64,000 nt of DNA from Eledone cirrhosa (GCA_964016885.1 OZ024741.1:78616001-78680000), one strand, 5' to 3'. Shown: positions 26,876-41,228, counted from the stretch's first letter. Notes: generated by a model not told the origin, from the sequence alone. Made by a program: numbers and translations.

Positions 26876-28065
26876 CCTCACACAAGCCAAAATCCAACCA
26901 ACCCTGACAATGAACCCTACATTAAAAAAATGCGGAAGGCCCAACTGTGGTATATGCATAAATCTAATAGAAGGTTCAACATTCCACTTTAAACAAGGAC
27001 AACATTTCACAGTTAAATACAACTTTACATGTGCATCTGAAAACCTAATCTATGTTTTGACCTGCTCAGGTTATCGAGAGCACTACATAGGACAGGCAAA
27101 AAACAGCCTCCGACAACGTATGACCGTCCATAGATCACAAATCAAAATACAGGAATACAGAAATATTGCTTTTAGTGAACATATCGCCAATTGTGCACCT
27201 AACCAACAACCAAAATTTAGAATTTTCCCCATTTACAAATTCATAGACAACGCTTCTTTCATCCATCGTACTAATAAGGAAACGTACTCATTAACAAAAT
27301 CCAACCTCTACTTAATGGACTAAACTTCGGACTAAACTAAAACTGGAACGAACAATGAACCATAGTCCAAAATTCCTACGTTCTCTAAAGAGTTTCCTCC
27401 CTTACACGCTACCTAATCCTTTTTCTTATATAAATGAATTGCCCCCTCTCCTCTCTTTCTCCTACCCGACCACCCTTAATTACCTCACCCCTGCATATTA
27501 ATTCTCTAAAAAGGGAAAAAACATCCATTCCCAGGCAGACTTTTGCCACCATCATGGATCAACTCCTCCAAGCGCTCCTGCCATAATAACACTTTTTGAA
27601 CTGCTTATCCTCAAGAACCATGCCTGTAAATAATATTATTCTTTCTTTCCCATTACCTTATCATGTTCCACATCACCCTTTTTTGGACTTCAAAAACCTT
27701 GTTTGTAAATAATATTATTCTTTCTTTCCCATTTAAATAACATGTTCAACATCACCTTATCTTCTCTCCTACATTTTATACAAATACAAATTCTCCCCTT
27801 TTTTTCTCTCCCACTCACAGAATTTGATAATGCATAAAATGCTGAAACCGGTAATTGATAATTATTAAATAAATAAATTAATAAATAAATAAATTAATAA
27901 ATAAATAAATAAATGGTATTGTTAATTAATAAATAAATTAACAAATACCTTAACACTTTACACAAAGTTAAATATTTTGTTTTAAACATTTTCTAACCCA
28001 GAAAAAAGAGAAAAGAATAAAGGAAAAAAAAAATTTTTTCTTCCTAATAATCGTTTTTCTACCTA
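26870..28065 (+). mobile_element. 5'-truncated Neptune-type PLE (GIY-YIG end + 3' UTR/pLTR)
   Basis: ORF 26910-27323 CGRPNCGIC..NLIYVLTCSG..HYIGQ..LRQRMTVH..EH; homologous to 58730-59120; flanked by (TA)n. Confidence 0.85.
27821..27856 (+). ncRNA. Minimal type I hammerhead, U3-A8 variant
   Basis: aat TTGATAA t gcat aaa atgc t GAAA ccgg TA att; palindromic stem III ACCGGT. Confidence 0.7.
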
Positions 28066-28067
28066 TT

Positions 28068-28191
<124 letters not shown>

Positions 28192-28284
28192 CATATACAA
28201 ACACACATGTATATATATATCATATAGATAGACAGACTAAATAAAAATGGCTTAGACATACAATGTAACGGGAGGAAACAATAG

Positions 28285-28328
28285 CACCACTGACGATGTT
28301 GCAGATGTGCAACGAAAGAACTTTGATA
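28285..28328 (+). ncRNA. Partly decayed hammerhead motif
   Basis: cacca CTGACGA t gttgca gatg tgcaac GAAA gaac TT tgata; 6-bp stem II, weak stem I. Confidence 0.55.
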
Positions 28329-28541
28329 AACTATATATATGTGTTTGTGTGTATATTGTATCTGTATTATTTTTGACCGAATAAATTAGATTAACGATAT
28401 AAAAGACACAGAAGCGAAAACCAACCAAACAGTGAGTGTGTTCTGTTATTAATTCTGGCAATATTACACAAATATGACCCTCCCCAAGTATAACAATATT
28501 TGTTTCGACACACGATTTCATATCAAAAACCTCGCAAAACT

Positions 28542-28669
<128 letters not shown>

Positions 28670-28680
28670 TGTGTGTGAGT

Positions 28681-28885
28681 GAAGGCGTGTGGCTGATTGG
28701 TTAGAGCAATCGTCAGGTTGTCAGTTCGATTCATGGACCGGGCGATGCGTTATGTCCTTGAGCAAGACACTTTATTTCACGTTGCTCCTTCTACCTGGAG
28801 TTGCGACCGATAGATAGTATTAGCAATTGGAAAGACCAATAGAAACATTGTTACCTCGGTCCGATTTGACGAAAGTCGATCGACT
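28681..28885 (+). mobile_element. tRNA-derived CORE-like SINE
   Basis: GAAGGCGTGTGGCT..TGGTTAGAG, GTTCGATTC B-box, GTCCTTGAGCAAGACACTTTATTTCACGTTGCTCC. Confidence 0.7.
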
Positions 28886-28930
28886 ATGATATATATATAT
28901 ACATACATATATACATATATACATATATAT

Positions 28931-29007
<77 letters not shown>

Positions 29008-29012
29008 AACAT

Positions 29013-29047
<35 letters not shown>

Positions 29048-29789
29048 CACACACATACACATATATTTATATGTATATGTATTTGTGTGAGAGTGTGTGT
29101 TTGTGTGTGCGTGTGTACACTCTATAGACAAAGTTAATAATCTAGAAAATTATAATCTTTGTAACAGCTGCTCATTTCAGATATTTGAGTTTTTATAATG
29201 TATTTATACAGTCATGAAATATTAATTTCTCATTCTCATTTGCATAGTTTTTATACGCACAGCTTATGCGTCATACACGCCTGCTCATTTTCCTATAAAA
29301 TGCAGAATTATTCATCTCTTGTAATACTTCCCCTCCATTAAGTCACAAATTATCCGTCTCACTTATCCGTCAATCATGCTATATTGCTACCATTCTGCAT
29401 ATCTGCACTTGAAATTACATCTTAATTTTTTCTGAAAATTGTTCGAAAATCTCTAGGAAAATTTTTAAGCTGCAGACCTTTTGTCATCTATAATTTTAGT
29501 TCGTCCATGAAGAGGAATTATTGGGAGGAGCTGACTCTCTTTCTCTCTTTAACTATTATGTTTTGACAATTTTCTTTAGGCGTCACAAAAGAAACAGGCA
29601 TTGTACAAAACTAAAAAGACCCTCACATTTAAAATATTGAGAAATGAATTCTAGTCGGAATTTAACCTGGGACTATGTAAACATTCAGAAATACGAAATC
29701 GGATGACAATTGGAGATCAAACCTTTTGAAGTCTGTGTTTAACCTCTGTCCGTTCCGACCACAAATGTTTCACTTATTCTAATAGCCGG

Positions 29790-30043
29790 CTCGTGAAATT
29801 AAGTGATTGAGCATTCCACAGGTATGAGTATCTTTATCACAGTTCTCAGGGAGATTCAACGTGACACAGTGTCTGACAAAGCTGGCCCCTTGAATTGCAA
29901 GTACAACTCATTTTCGCCAGCCAAGTGGACTGGAGCAAGGTGATGTAAAATGACATGTTGAAGAACTCAACGCTCCGTCGGTAATCGAACTCACGACCTT
30001 ACTATCATGAACCGAACACCCTAACTACTAAACCACGCAACTT
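29790..30043 (-). mobile_element. Diverged tRNA-derived SINE
   Basis: Minus strand GCGTGGTTTAGTAGTTAGGGTGTTCGG...GAGTTCGATTACC. Confidence 0.55.
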
Positions 30044-30267
30044 CATCCGATCAAAATGTATTGCAGATGTAAATATTGAATATATGTACTGTTGTCTCGC
30101 TGTCAATCTTTAACAAGGGCGTTCAGGCATTCATGACCTCTGTCTGCTGGCAATTATGTAAGAAATATATGTTGAACAGCTGAGACTAATGCTTTTCCTA
30201 CTCAAACTAAACAAATCCTTACCAACTTCTTCAGGTACCATTTGAAGCGCAAGTCGTACCTGAAGAG

Positions 30268-30481
30268 TAAGCATGTCAAACATGCGGCCTGCGGGCCACA
30301 TGCGGCCCTTTACAAATACTCCTGCAGCCTGCACAAAGGTTTTCACAGCGCAAGCATGCTTTGTCTTCGTAATATAAAATTTTAAGAAATAGTTATAATG
30401 TGAGCAATTAATTGTCGTATGTGGCCTTCAGACATATGTGATCCATGTAGCCCTTGGGGGACCCTCAGTTCGACATGCCTG
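30268..30481. mobile_element. hAT-Charlie-type MITE
   Basis: TIR-like TAAGCATGTCAAAC / GTTCGACATGCCTG and the GCGGCCTGCGGGCCACATGCGGCCC subterminal motif; TSD degenerate. Confidence 0.7.
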
Positions 30482-32977
30482 GTTTAGAGAGGAATTTTCA
30501 AGTCCAAAGGCATGGTCTGTCATAGCCGTACAAGTCATGCATTTTGTCAGTAAATGATTGTTTAATTACTGTAACTATTATCTATGATCTTTAAACGAAA
30601 TATGATATTTTTCCTTGTAACTTGTTTTGTGACTTTATCCCGTTACTTTATTCCTGTTCACCATTTATTATATAGTACATCGCTATTGTCTATATATTAT
30701 ATCATATATTGTCTAACTTATCGCTTTGGACCTATTACTGACATGACAAGAGATGATAGTCCTCAAAATGTTGATAAAAATATATATCACACCTACAATC
30801 ACACTCACACCACACATACGCATATATATACACACACACTTCTACTCGCGCTTATATATAAACATACTCATACACGCTATATATATGTGTGTGTGAGAGA
30901 GTGTGTGCACGTGTGAGTGTGTGCACGTGTGCTGTGTGAGCGCACATCCCCACTGTCTCATTCTTCTTCACACAAACATTCACATAGACTCTAGCACACA
31001 TTATCCCATTCTTCCTCCACCACATACGCACACATACATATACATACACACATACGTACACACACTTATATATGTACACACATATATGTACACACACTTC
31101 TCCCGCTCTCTCTCCCGCTCTCTCTCTCTCTCTCTCGAACCATTTGGATAATGTCTGAACAGACGGATTTTACTAAAGAAGGATTAAGCACCAGCAGATG
31201 AACTCGAAGATTAATACAATGTAAACTTACTACATATCTTAATCTGATTAAGATTAGCTCCAGGAATAGATGATAGAAGTACTAGATAGTTAGGATGGAT
31301 ATTAAGATAAACAACAATTGTTACTAGGCAACGAAGGAACCGACACTATCGTTCGATCTGCTAGAAATAGTTGCTATGTCAACTCAACTTAGCACATACC
31401 TTCTTAAAATCAAAAGGAGACATTGGATACTGTAGTTCATAGATAACCAATTCATGACAAGAAATTCGGCCATATGAACTGACATGGTCAGAGTGTGATG
31501 CTGTAATTTTTATATTCTATGTTTACACCATTAACATTATATAGGTGGCGAATCGTCTGTTGTAGAACAAAATGGCTGACGAAGCTTATTCCAGTTCTCT
31601 GCGCTGTGAGTCAGAAGATGAAACGGCAGTGCCATAACCTATTTCCGCGCCTCTGAGATTTATGGGAATAAAAGAAGAAATTATCATCACACAAAAACCG
31701 GTACCGAATGTATACAACAGTGTTTCCCGACAAATCAAAAACAAAATACAACTGTTTTTTAGTCTCTCAGACATCAAAACGTTTTTTCAATCGAATCAAA
31801 TAGCTTTGATTAAATACAACGTTATTAGTGAAATAGGATGGAGTGGGGAATTAGTAGAATCAATAAAACAACGTCAAATTATATTGCAATAATTAGTTAC
31901 ATTCCTTCAAATTTTACCATTTATATTTCTTCTTATATTGATAAAATAAATATCAGTATCAAATGCTTGGATCGATTGAATCAGCTATATTACACATACA
32001 CACACACACACACACAAGACAAAATCACTATTGACACACGTTGGGATTTTCTTAAGCAATTCAGAAGCTCAATACAAACAATAAAAGAGATAACATAGAG
32101 ATTATATAGATGTGAGATAAGAGAAAAAAGACGTAAAGAATAACAAGAATAACAACAACAAAACTGTGAAAAAGAAACATTAGGTAATAAAATTATTCAT
32201 AAATTAAAATATGCAACGCCATGTTGTATGCTTAAGTATAATATAATTAATTCTTGCTCAATAATATATGAAATGTAATCCCCCAACTATAGTTATTTCG
32301 CACTAAAGGGGTATATAAGCACAGGAATAAACACACAGAGTTAAAAATGAATTTGGGGAACTAGGTATACTGTAATCCAGAGTTTATGCTCTAGAATCAC
32401 AGAGCAGAGGAGGGATCAGCGAAATGGCCTTTTCATGATCATTTGATCTCTTATTCTCTCCTTACATATGCACATTTATTCTCAAGACAGTAACATATAT
32501 ATTTATACCCAAAACATCCCACGGATTTCATGTTATTCAATATTCATAACATCTTTTACTTTATTTTTCGTGAAGATCCAGGCCAAAAGATTTCACACAT
32601 CATCTGTAAACAATCCACAGCTTCATAGCCTAAAATTACAAGGATATACAAATATCTGTAATCAGAGGTGAGCTGACGAAATTTTAACCACCGGTTCTGT
32701 ATAAAGAAAAATGGATATTAAAGCAAGATAGTTTGATATTGTAAAAAAATGGTTATATTTTTCATCTAAGAACTGCAAATCAATTATATGATAAAACAAT
32801 TAAAGATCATGTGCACACATAATAATGATAATGTTTTCAAACGTTTGACCACCACCAAGCTCATAGTTGTTATTGAATCTCCACTCGAATACTTTCAAGT
32901 AAATATCAAATATCTCTTCTGATTTACCATTCATCCACTTCAATATTTTATTTGTATGGAATGAAAGTAGTCAATTA

Positions 32978-33116
<139 letters not shown>

Positions 33117-33687
33117 GGAGTGACAAAATTCTACTGTGGTTCACAAGTGAATGCGTTAATACTGATATATGTTATATTTAGAAAAAAGGTAAGTATTCTG
33201 TAACAATGATAGCATTTAAAGAACACATGTATTTGATAATGAAAGAATTTCGTGATAAATTCCGTACTCTAATCTCCAATATAGCCGGAGTTTTAACTAA
33301 ATTCAACTTAACTGATAATAAATTATTAGGAAACATAAATATCAGAAATTCTAAAAATGTTATCTTTTTAAAATTTTTATTTTTAACATTTTACTTATTA
33401 TTTATTATGTTTACTTATTGCGGTAATAATTTCCAAATGGCTTCGCAGATTTTTTTGAAAGTGGTGGTAGTCTGTTTGATAAAAATCAGTTAATATAAAA
33501 TTCTGAAGAATGGGAAAGTGTTTTTTGCCATGAGGATGTAAACTATTACATTTAGTCGTTCTTGTTCTTCGTGAGAGAGTGGGAAAATGAGTGAAAAAAA
33601 CTTAAGCTGAAAGGTTGATATGGTAGAGTGAAGGTTAGCAAGAGATGTGATGTGGGTGGGAGTATGAAATCAATGTATGGTGGGGTT

Positions 33688-33838
33688 CTAACGTTCTGAG
33701 TTCAGATCCAACCGAGGTAAACTTTGCCTTTCGGCTTTTTGGAGGTCGATAAAATAAAATACCAGTCAAATACTGGGGTTGATTTAATCAACTTTGCCCT
33801 TCCGCCAAATTTGCTGGCCTCGTGCCTAAAATAGAAAT
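33688..33838 (+). mobile_element. Partial SINE (Meta-like core family)
   Basis: GTTCTGAGTTCAGATCC..ACTTTGCCTTTC..GGTCGATAAAAT. Confidence 0.7.
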
Positions 33839-33858
33839 CATTATTTTGTACACCGGTA

Positions 33859-34035
33859 GATTGGCAGTATCGGTAGAGGGTCGGACGCCATGCTTTCCAG
33901 CATAGTTACGTCCCTTTACGATCTGAGTTCAAATCCAGCCGTGGTTGACTTTGTCTTTCATCCTTACGGGGTCGATAAAATAAAGTACCAGTAATGCACT
34001 GGGTAATTGCTGGCCTTGTGCCTAAAGTAGAAACA
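33859..34035 (+). mobile_element. Young SINE with 19-bp TSD
   Basis: ATTATTTTGTACACCGGTA at 33840-33858 and 34036-34054; near-identical to 11681-11859. Confidence 0.85.
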
Positions 34036-34628
34036 ATTATTTTGTACACCGGTAACATTAACACTATTATCATTATATGTATTATCAATAGTAATACTAT
34101 TAACATCACTACCATCATTTTCCATATTTACAGTATTACTGACTATATTGTAACACTCACTCTTTACAACCTTCATTTCTAACTTCGGCAACCAATGTCA
34201 TCTCTTGTGTCGTTATCACCCGCAGCAGTTAAATATTTGCTTCTTCTTTTGACCAGTTATTTTTGTTCTACAGAGATTAATCTGGAAATAGTTGTTTCCA
34301 ATGTCAATGCACATATTGTGTATGTCCCCTGTATGATGTAGGAGAATTTATAATGACTTTATATTAGCCCCATGTATACTTTGAATTGATTTCTTTCGTC
34401 TATAGTTGTCGCTGGATGTTTTTGGTGTGTTCTTTGTATTGGCGTAATGTGAGAAGACAAACACCTATTTGTTGCCATTTGCATTGATATATGTTGGATA
34501 CATCTGTCAAATAAAAAGCCTGTCAAATACAATATATAAAAATGAGATAATCTCCTGCAAGCTGGATATGTTTAACACTGTTTTGACTAAAAAAAAAAAA
34601 GAAATCTGAAAATAAATATCTTAATATA

Positions 34629-35860
34629 CCAGGTTGTTCAGAAATTAATACTGGTTTTTAAACACTGACTTTAAAACGACATATCTCAGGCAAGTATAAA
34701 CGTTATTGATCGACATAAAAACTATTAGAATCTACACATTTTTGCTAAGAAAAAGTTTATTTATTGCTTTAACGTAGAATTCTGAAGTTTAGCAAACGAT
34801 GAATTCTTCGAAGGCATTTTTGGGGGCTGTTAGGTTGTTGATGACTTTTTTTGGCAAGTTGTCGAAATGCTTAAAAAAGTGGTAGTCAGTTGCCGAAATA
34901 TCCGATGAGTATGTTAGATGAGACATAGTTTCGTAACCTAATTTGTTCAAATTCTGGAATATTGGTTGTGTGATGTGTGGTCGAGTGTGGACGTGAAAGA
35001 GGATTAGATCTTTTTCTATTGACCAATGCTGGACGCATACGCTGCTATTTTCGATGTATTTCATTGATTTTGTGACAATACTTTTCTGCTGTGGTTGTTT
35101 CCTCAGGATTCAGGAAGCTGTAGTAGATTAATCTGGCTGAAGATCAACAGTAACTATAACCTTCTTTTGGTGCAACTTTGACTTTAGGAAGTGTTTAGGA
35201 GTTTCGTCTCTGTCCAACAACTGTATTGAACGTCATCGGCTGTTGTATAGATCCATTTTCATCGCACATCACAACACAATCGAGAAAAGGGTTGTTTTTC
35301 TTGCGTAAAATAAGCGAAGAGCAGACTTCACAACGGCGATTTTCGTTTTCGTTTTCGTTCAATACGTGTGGCGCCCATTTTTCATGCGTCTTCGACTTTC
35401 CAGTTCGGTTTAAATGTTCAGAAAATGTTTCAATGCCTACAAGCTCTCCTGCAAGCTCTCTAGCTGTTGTTTGAGGATTTGTTTCCACCAAAGCCATCAA
35501 TTCCTCATCGTTAATGGCAGAAGGACGCCCACAGCTTCCTTATCATCTAAAATTAATTCACCACGATGGAGTGTTTGAAACATACGCTATACTGTGAATT
35601 CATTAACGCATCCTTCGCCCCAAACATCATTGGTGTTTCTAGCCATTTGTGCTACACAGCAACCGAGTTTAAACTCAAAAATAAATTTGTGAAAATCTGG
35701 ATTTTACATCTGAAAATTAACAAAAATGAAATACATTGAAGGAAAACATAAAATAAGCTTTAATATAACATGTAATTTCATACACTGTGCGTGACGTTTT
35801 ATTCTTTAAAATGTTGAAACAAATAAAAACAAAGCCTGCAATAATTTCTGAATACCCTAA
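34629..35860 (-). mobile_element. Decayed mariner transposon (about 1.23 kb)
   Basis: TA-flanked TIR remnants (GGTTGTTCAGAAATTA / TAATTTCTGAATACC); peptides KWAPHVL, VMCDE and YSSDISATDYHFF (YSPDLAP motif). Confidence 0.88.
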
Positions 35861-36180
35861 TATTTTATTTGACGAACTATTTATTTATTAGGGTGCATGT
35901 CAAATTCATCAATGCAAATGGTAATGAACATTTTGAGGGAGATTTAGCTGCTATTTCTTGTAGCCCGAGTTACCACATATAGGCTCCATTATAGGCTCGC
36001 TACTAATTGGTTTATCACAGACAATCACTTTACCAATACGCTACACAGTTTCAAACTATGTACAGGTGTCAACGATTGTAATTGACCTGAAGCAATCAAG
36101 TTTTAGTCAGCAATTGTGATATTTCAGAACTACTGACTAAGTGTTGATTTAGACACATTAACGTCAGCATTATCTGTGTA

Positions 36181-36296
36181 TGGTCTGAGTTCAAATCCCG
36201 CCGAGGTTAACTTTGCCTTTCATCCTTACAGGGTCGATAAGATAAAGTACCAGTAATACACTGGGTAATTGCTGGCCTTGTGCCAAAAGTAGAAAC
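36181..36296 (+). mobile_element. Partial SINE (Meta-like core family)
   Basis: Matches the 3' part of 11681-11859. Confidence 0.75.
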
Positions 36297-36358
36297 AATT
36301 ATCTGTGTATGTACTTGTGTGTATGTCTGTCTGTCTACACACACACACACACACACTC

Positions 36359-36389
<31 letters not shown>

Positions 36390-36390
36390 C

Positions 36391-36456
<66 letters not shown>

Positions 36457-36880
36457 ATAATGATTATCTGAAGAGTAACAGAAAGTAAGCACAGTTAAAT
36501 ACTCAATACATACATTAGCGAATGTATATGTATTTCACATGAGTCTAAAATTATTTGACTTTCCTGCAAAAATCATTTCTATATGAAATGAATATGGCCA
36601 ACAATGAAAACAATGAAAACAAACGCGACAGACAATTACAAAAACAGTTATTGGGTTCTCGCTTATATGAAATGGAAAAAAAAATGATGTATAGGACTTT
36701 AGTCGTCCATCAGAAAAGAAGCGAGAGTGTGAGAGAAGAGGTTAGAAAAAAAGGTCAGATAGAGTCATTAATAATAGTGTAGCAGTGTATTTGCGCCTTC
36801 TTAAGAGTGTGTGTGTGTGTGTGTGGTTGAGGTGTATTGTATGAGTGTGTCCATCTGTTCAAAGGGTGCCCTATCTTTAC

Positions 36881-36944
<64 letters not shown>

Positions 36945-36948
<4 letters not shown>

Positions 36949-37548
36949 GGAAAAAATGAAACGATATTTCATTTCCCACTCTTAGTACGGCTGTTACTTA
37001 AATATAATTATGTACACGTACATACATATATGTATACCGACGTACAGTAGTATGTATATATATATATACATACATGCACACATATATATATATGCACGTA
37101 TGGATTCACCGAACATTTATTATAGTGCTCGGTGTGTTTGTAAACAAACATCCCGCATTAAGCCGTAGTGTCTAGCAACCGCCGTTGCTCGTTTGTTCAA
37201 CACTGACAAAGGAACGCTGTACTAGTTTCAAGCTTGTTAGCTATCGTCAGTAACGTATACCTTCCTGCCAGATTGTTGAACGTATATACTTACCTTATGC
37301 ATATTAACGGCTGAGTAGCCCAATTTGCATATCGAGTGGGTTAATCGGCCGGGTGCACCGAAAACGATAAACGGAAAAAATGAAACGATATTTCATTTCC
37401 CACTCTTAGTACGGCTGTTACTTAAATATAAGTATGTACACGTACATACATATATGTATACCGACGTACAGTAGTATGTATATATATATATATACATACA
37501 TGCACACATATATATATGCACGTATGGATTCACCGAACATTTATTATA
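36945..37548 (-). mobile_element. Retrozyme-like tandem: about 1.4 units of 424 bp in (TA)n
   Basis: AAACGGAAAAAATGAAACG recurs at 36945 and 37369; one hammerhead per unit; related copy at 41455-41790. Confidence 0.75.
37216..37254 (-). ncRNA. Minimal type I hammerhead
   Basis: gtta CTGACGA t agct aaca agct t GAAA ctag TA cagc; stem III palindrome ACTAGT. Confidence 0.7.
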
Positions 37549-37652
37549 ATATATATACATATACATATATATATATATATACAGACTTTAACAGCATTCT
37601 AATAAATATTGTCTGTACAGGTAATCAAAGAGTGTATACATTTTTTTGGGAC

Positions 37653-37708
<56 letters not shown>

Positions 37709-39020
37709 TAAATTAGCGAGAATCGTATTTCGGCTTAGGAATTAACGAAAAACAACTTCCGAGATGTGTGGCAAGCGCTCAATGATTCAGATGAACCAGA
37801 GCTACAACATACGTTAAAGGCCAAACACACTGAGACGATGGTTAAACAATCATCCGCACAACCATAAAAACGACCAAGTAATTCGGGTCAAACAAATAAA
37901 AATATATGTGATTGAAAATTTACCCGGACCCCTGGATGGTTGGTAAAATCCAGCATTTGGGTTTCTGCGACTCCTAAATCAAGTACTGTCCGCTTACACA
38001 AATAATGTTAGGCTTCTGGTAAGATGATTGAATATATATATGAAGTGAAGTTGAAAAGACAAACACATGATAAATATAACAATTCTACATTTATACACAA
38101 CAAAACTTCACCCCACAAAAGGAAAATACGATTCCTTCGAATCGTAAATAAAATCGATGATTGCGGTGTTCCATAAGGCCTCTGTGTTGTGCGAGAGACA
38201 CGTCTATTTCCGTTGAGATGTTTCTTTTAAGAAGTGACCAGTCATTCAAAAGGTAAGTTGAGACAAAGGTTGTGTTGTCAGTAGTAATAGCGATTAGGTC
38301 TGTTGTTGGCGTGTGGAAGACTGTGTGTCTATTTACAATAATGGTTAGTTGCTTTAACAGTAAACACATGACCCCTAGAAATGTCTTCTTTTCGGACAAC
38401 TGGCGCCGTGAGTCTCCCACAAGGGAAACCTATCTATGTTGATGTCTCTGAAGTTATTGGTCAGTCTTTTGGTGGTCATAACAATCCAGAAAACAATAGT
38501 GGGGAAAACATTTCTTTCGCTAGCACAATTCCTCGTCCAGATCGATACAGGAGTAGCGATCGATAATCGAAGTGGTAGCACAAGCGAGAACCAATGACCT
38601 CAGATAGATGACTAAAAAATAGACAGTGCAGTTTACATTCGAATTCAAAAGAATAGAACTGTCCTAAACAGTTCAATTTCCTTTTCTTCTGCGTGTTTGT
38701 GCTTTTTGTTTTGCTGAATGAGTCTACCGTCGCTGCCAGAGTTTGATACTGGTGCTGTTGTTGCTGTAATTGTAACAGAGCTTGGTGTTGAAAACATTGT
38801 TGTTGCTATTGTTGTTGTTATTGTTGCTGGTGTTGTAGTCGTTGTTGTTGTTGTTGCTGTTATTGTTGTTGTTGTAGCGATAGGTGAATGATATCGATAG
38901 CATGTGAAAACAATGTTGTGTTCATAGCATATATGTTATTTTTGATCGAAGCATCTTTCCGGGTTGTTTCCATTGTTTTGTTTAATTTAAAGTTCAATGT
39001 TCATATGATGTTTTGGTTGT

Positions 39021-39088
39021 TTGTTTTCGGGTACTCTGTGATGTTTTCGAGTACTCTGTGTTGTTTTCGGGTACTCTGTGTTGTTTTC
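39021..39088. repeat. 20-bp tandem repeat, about 3.4 copies
   Basis: TTGTTTTCGGGTACTCTGTG repeated. Confidence 0.9.
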
Positions 39089-39928
39089 ATTGTTAATCAG
39101 ACCATATGTTCGAAAGTAGAGGATCACTAATTGTTGCGATGCTATTGATGCTTTTGCTGCAGTTGTTTTCCTATATTACCAGAAAGCTGCATTCTGTACC
39201 AGCAAGCTACACCAGAAAATGTATAGGAAAACTGCATGGTCATTTGTTAGTGTGGTGACTAGATGAAAGCGTGTGTAAAAGGTGATGCTTGGTCAGAGTT
39301 TGCAGTAGTAATTGTTGACTTGATGAGCGTACCATGAGTTGCTCTCTCCCATGGATGTGCTTGTGTGAATACTTGTGACTTTATGGCAAATTAGTTGTGT
39401 GTTTCTCAGTGAGTTGAGATGCTTGGCTATATTCGTTGCCATAGCTAGTAGTTGAAGGTTAAAAGGGAAGCAGCCATTTACAATATGCAATGAACAATAA
39501 AGAACACCGCTACTTTAATAATTTTTATTAAGAAATAACTTAGGTCAAAGTTATTTTGACAACACAGGAAAACAACAGAGTCAAACTATATTGTGTGTTA
39601 TATTTGTGTGATTTATTTTGCGTGAATGCATGAAAAGATGCCTGAAACTAATCTTTGTTGGAATCGAACAGGAGTATGGCTGTCTCAGCTCACTGGCCGA
39701 CGGGCCGACCCGCGGGTCGGAAAAAATATCTGTTGGCAACAACATTGATCCAGTCGCTGGAATACACTGAACTGAACTGACTGCTGAACAGCAAGGAACA
39801 GACTATTTATGAGAATCTTGTTGTTGAGAATAAGCAGATGACCCTTGAAAACCGTATTCTTTCTGACAGTTTGACAACATGAATCCCTAAAACAAAGGAA
39901 GTAAAATACGTCGGGTATCATACAATTA

Positions 39929-39989
<61 letters not shown>

Positions 39990-40383
39990 AAGAGAGAAAC
40001 AGAGAGGGAGTACGAGAGAGAGATTGGTTGATAGATTGATAGATAAATATGTATGCATGTGTATATTATTATATATTGTGTGTGGGTGGCGAGTGTAGCC
40101 GTGAATGTGAACGAGTATATGCATATATGTGTGTTGTGCATATTCGTGTATGCGCGCGCTCATCCGCACCTGCAAACATAGATTCATTGATTTTTAACAG
40201 CAAGCCAGAGGTGTTAAAGCATCATTTCTGTCATTAATTAAAACATTTACGCAATTAAAGATGATCAATACTTTTAAAGTGGTAGATTAAAGACATATTT
40301 TTACATTTGTGAATTGTAGAACTGGGGCGTGAAACGATCCAGTAAAACTTCTCCATGTACTTACACACACACAGCCCCCCCCC

Positions 40384-40436
<53 letters not shown>

Positions 40437-40437
<1 letters not shown>

Positions 40438-40760
40438 TACCGCCTCTACTACCACCCCTCTCTATATACACAAGAGTTCATTTTCCAGTCTCCTTCTCAA
40501 TAAGGAAGATAAAAAACTTACCTCAACACTTAATTTTAAATCTTTAATTTTTAGTTTTAATCCTTATTAATTCTTTTTAATTGTAATATTCAATATTTGA
40601 TAAGATGAATTTTACTAATACACTGAAACCGGTATACATTATAAAACTCTTTTTTAAAAGAATTGTCCCTCTCATTCTTTCAATAATGTCACTTTGACGA
40701 ATCAAAGGGAAAAACAAGAAAAACAGACCCTTAAATATATTTTCAGTGCTATTTCCAATT
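40437..40760 (+). mobile_element. Decayed PLE pLTR remnant
   Basis: TTGATAA (40597) ... T GAAA CCGG TA (40624-40634), same layout as 27821 but with decayed stems; next to (TA)n. Confidence 0.45.
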
Positions 40761-40762
40761 TC

Positions 40763-40812
<50 letters not shown>

Positions 40813-40820
40813 CACACACC

Positions 40821-40880
<60 letters not shown>

Positions 40881-40882
<2 letters not shown>

Positions 40883-41218
40883 ATGAAGGAGTGAAGAATA
40901 ACATGGATAAGCTATACAGTAGGGTTTATTCCAGGTAATAACAAATGTTTCATTGGCTCGGTGTGTCTAAAAATCGCTATCTGCTGTGTTTAAAATCGAA
41001 TGTCAAAGCAACACCACAGATAGCGATTTTTAGACACACCGAGCCAATGAAACATTAGTTATTACCTGGAATAAACCCTACTGTTTAGCTTATCCATGTT
41101 ATTCTTCACTCCTTCATTATTAATATTCCAGGAATTTCTTATCTAGCAACTGACTGGAACCGGCCATCCAAATACCACAACTAAGTAAACATCTTGTCGA
41201 GTCAAACAACGCCGCATA
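40881..41218 (+). mobile_element. Fold-back insertion in (TA)n (probable PLE end)
   Basis: Inverted arms 40881-40983 / 41017-41119 plus a one-sided tail of about 100 bp. Confidence 0.7.
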
Positions 41219-41228
41219 CATATATATA

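Noticed and set aside
31608-31640. CAGAAGA T GAAA CGGCAGTGCCA TA
   Set aside because: No stem II and a mismatched core; probably chance.
37720-37792. GAATC..TTGAGC..GCTT/AAGC CGAAA TAC GATTC on the minus strand
   Set aside because: Core spacing does not fit a hammerhead.
39021-39088. Short regular repeats as a CRISPR array
   Set aside because: No unique spacers, eukaryotic context, no cas genes.
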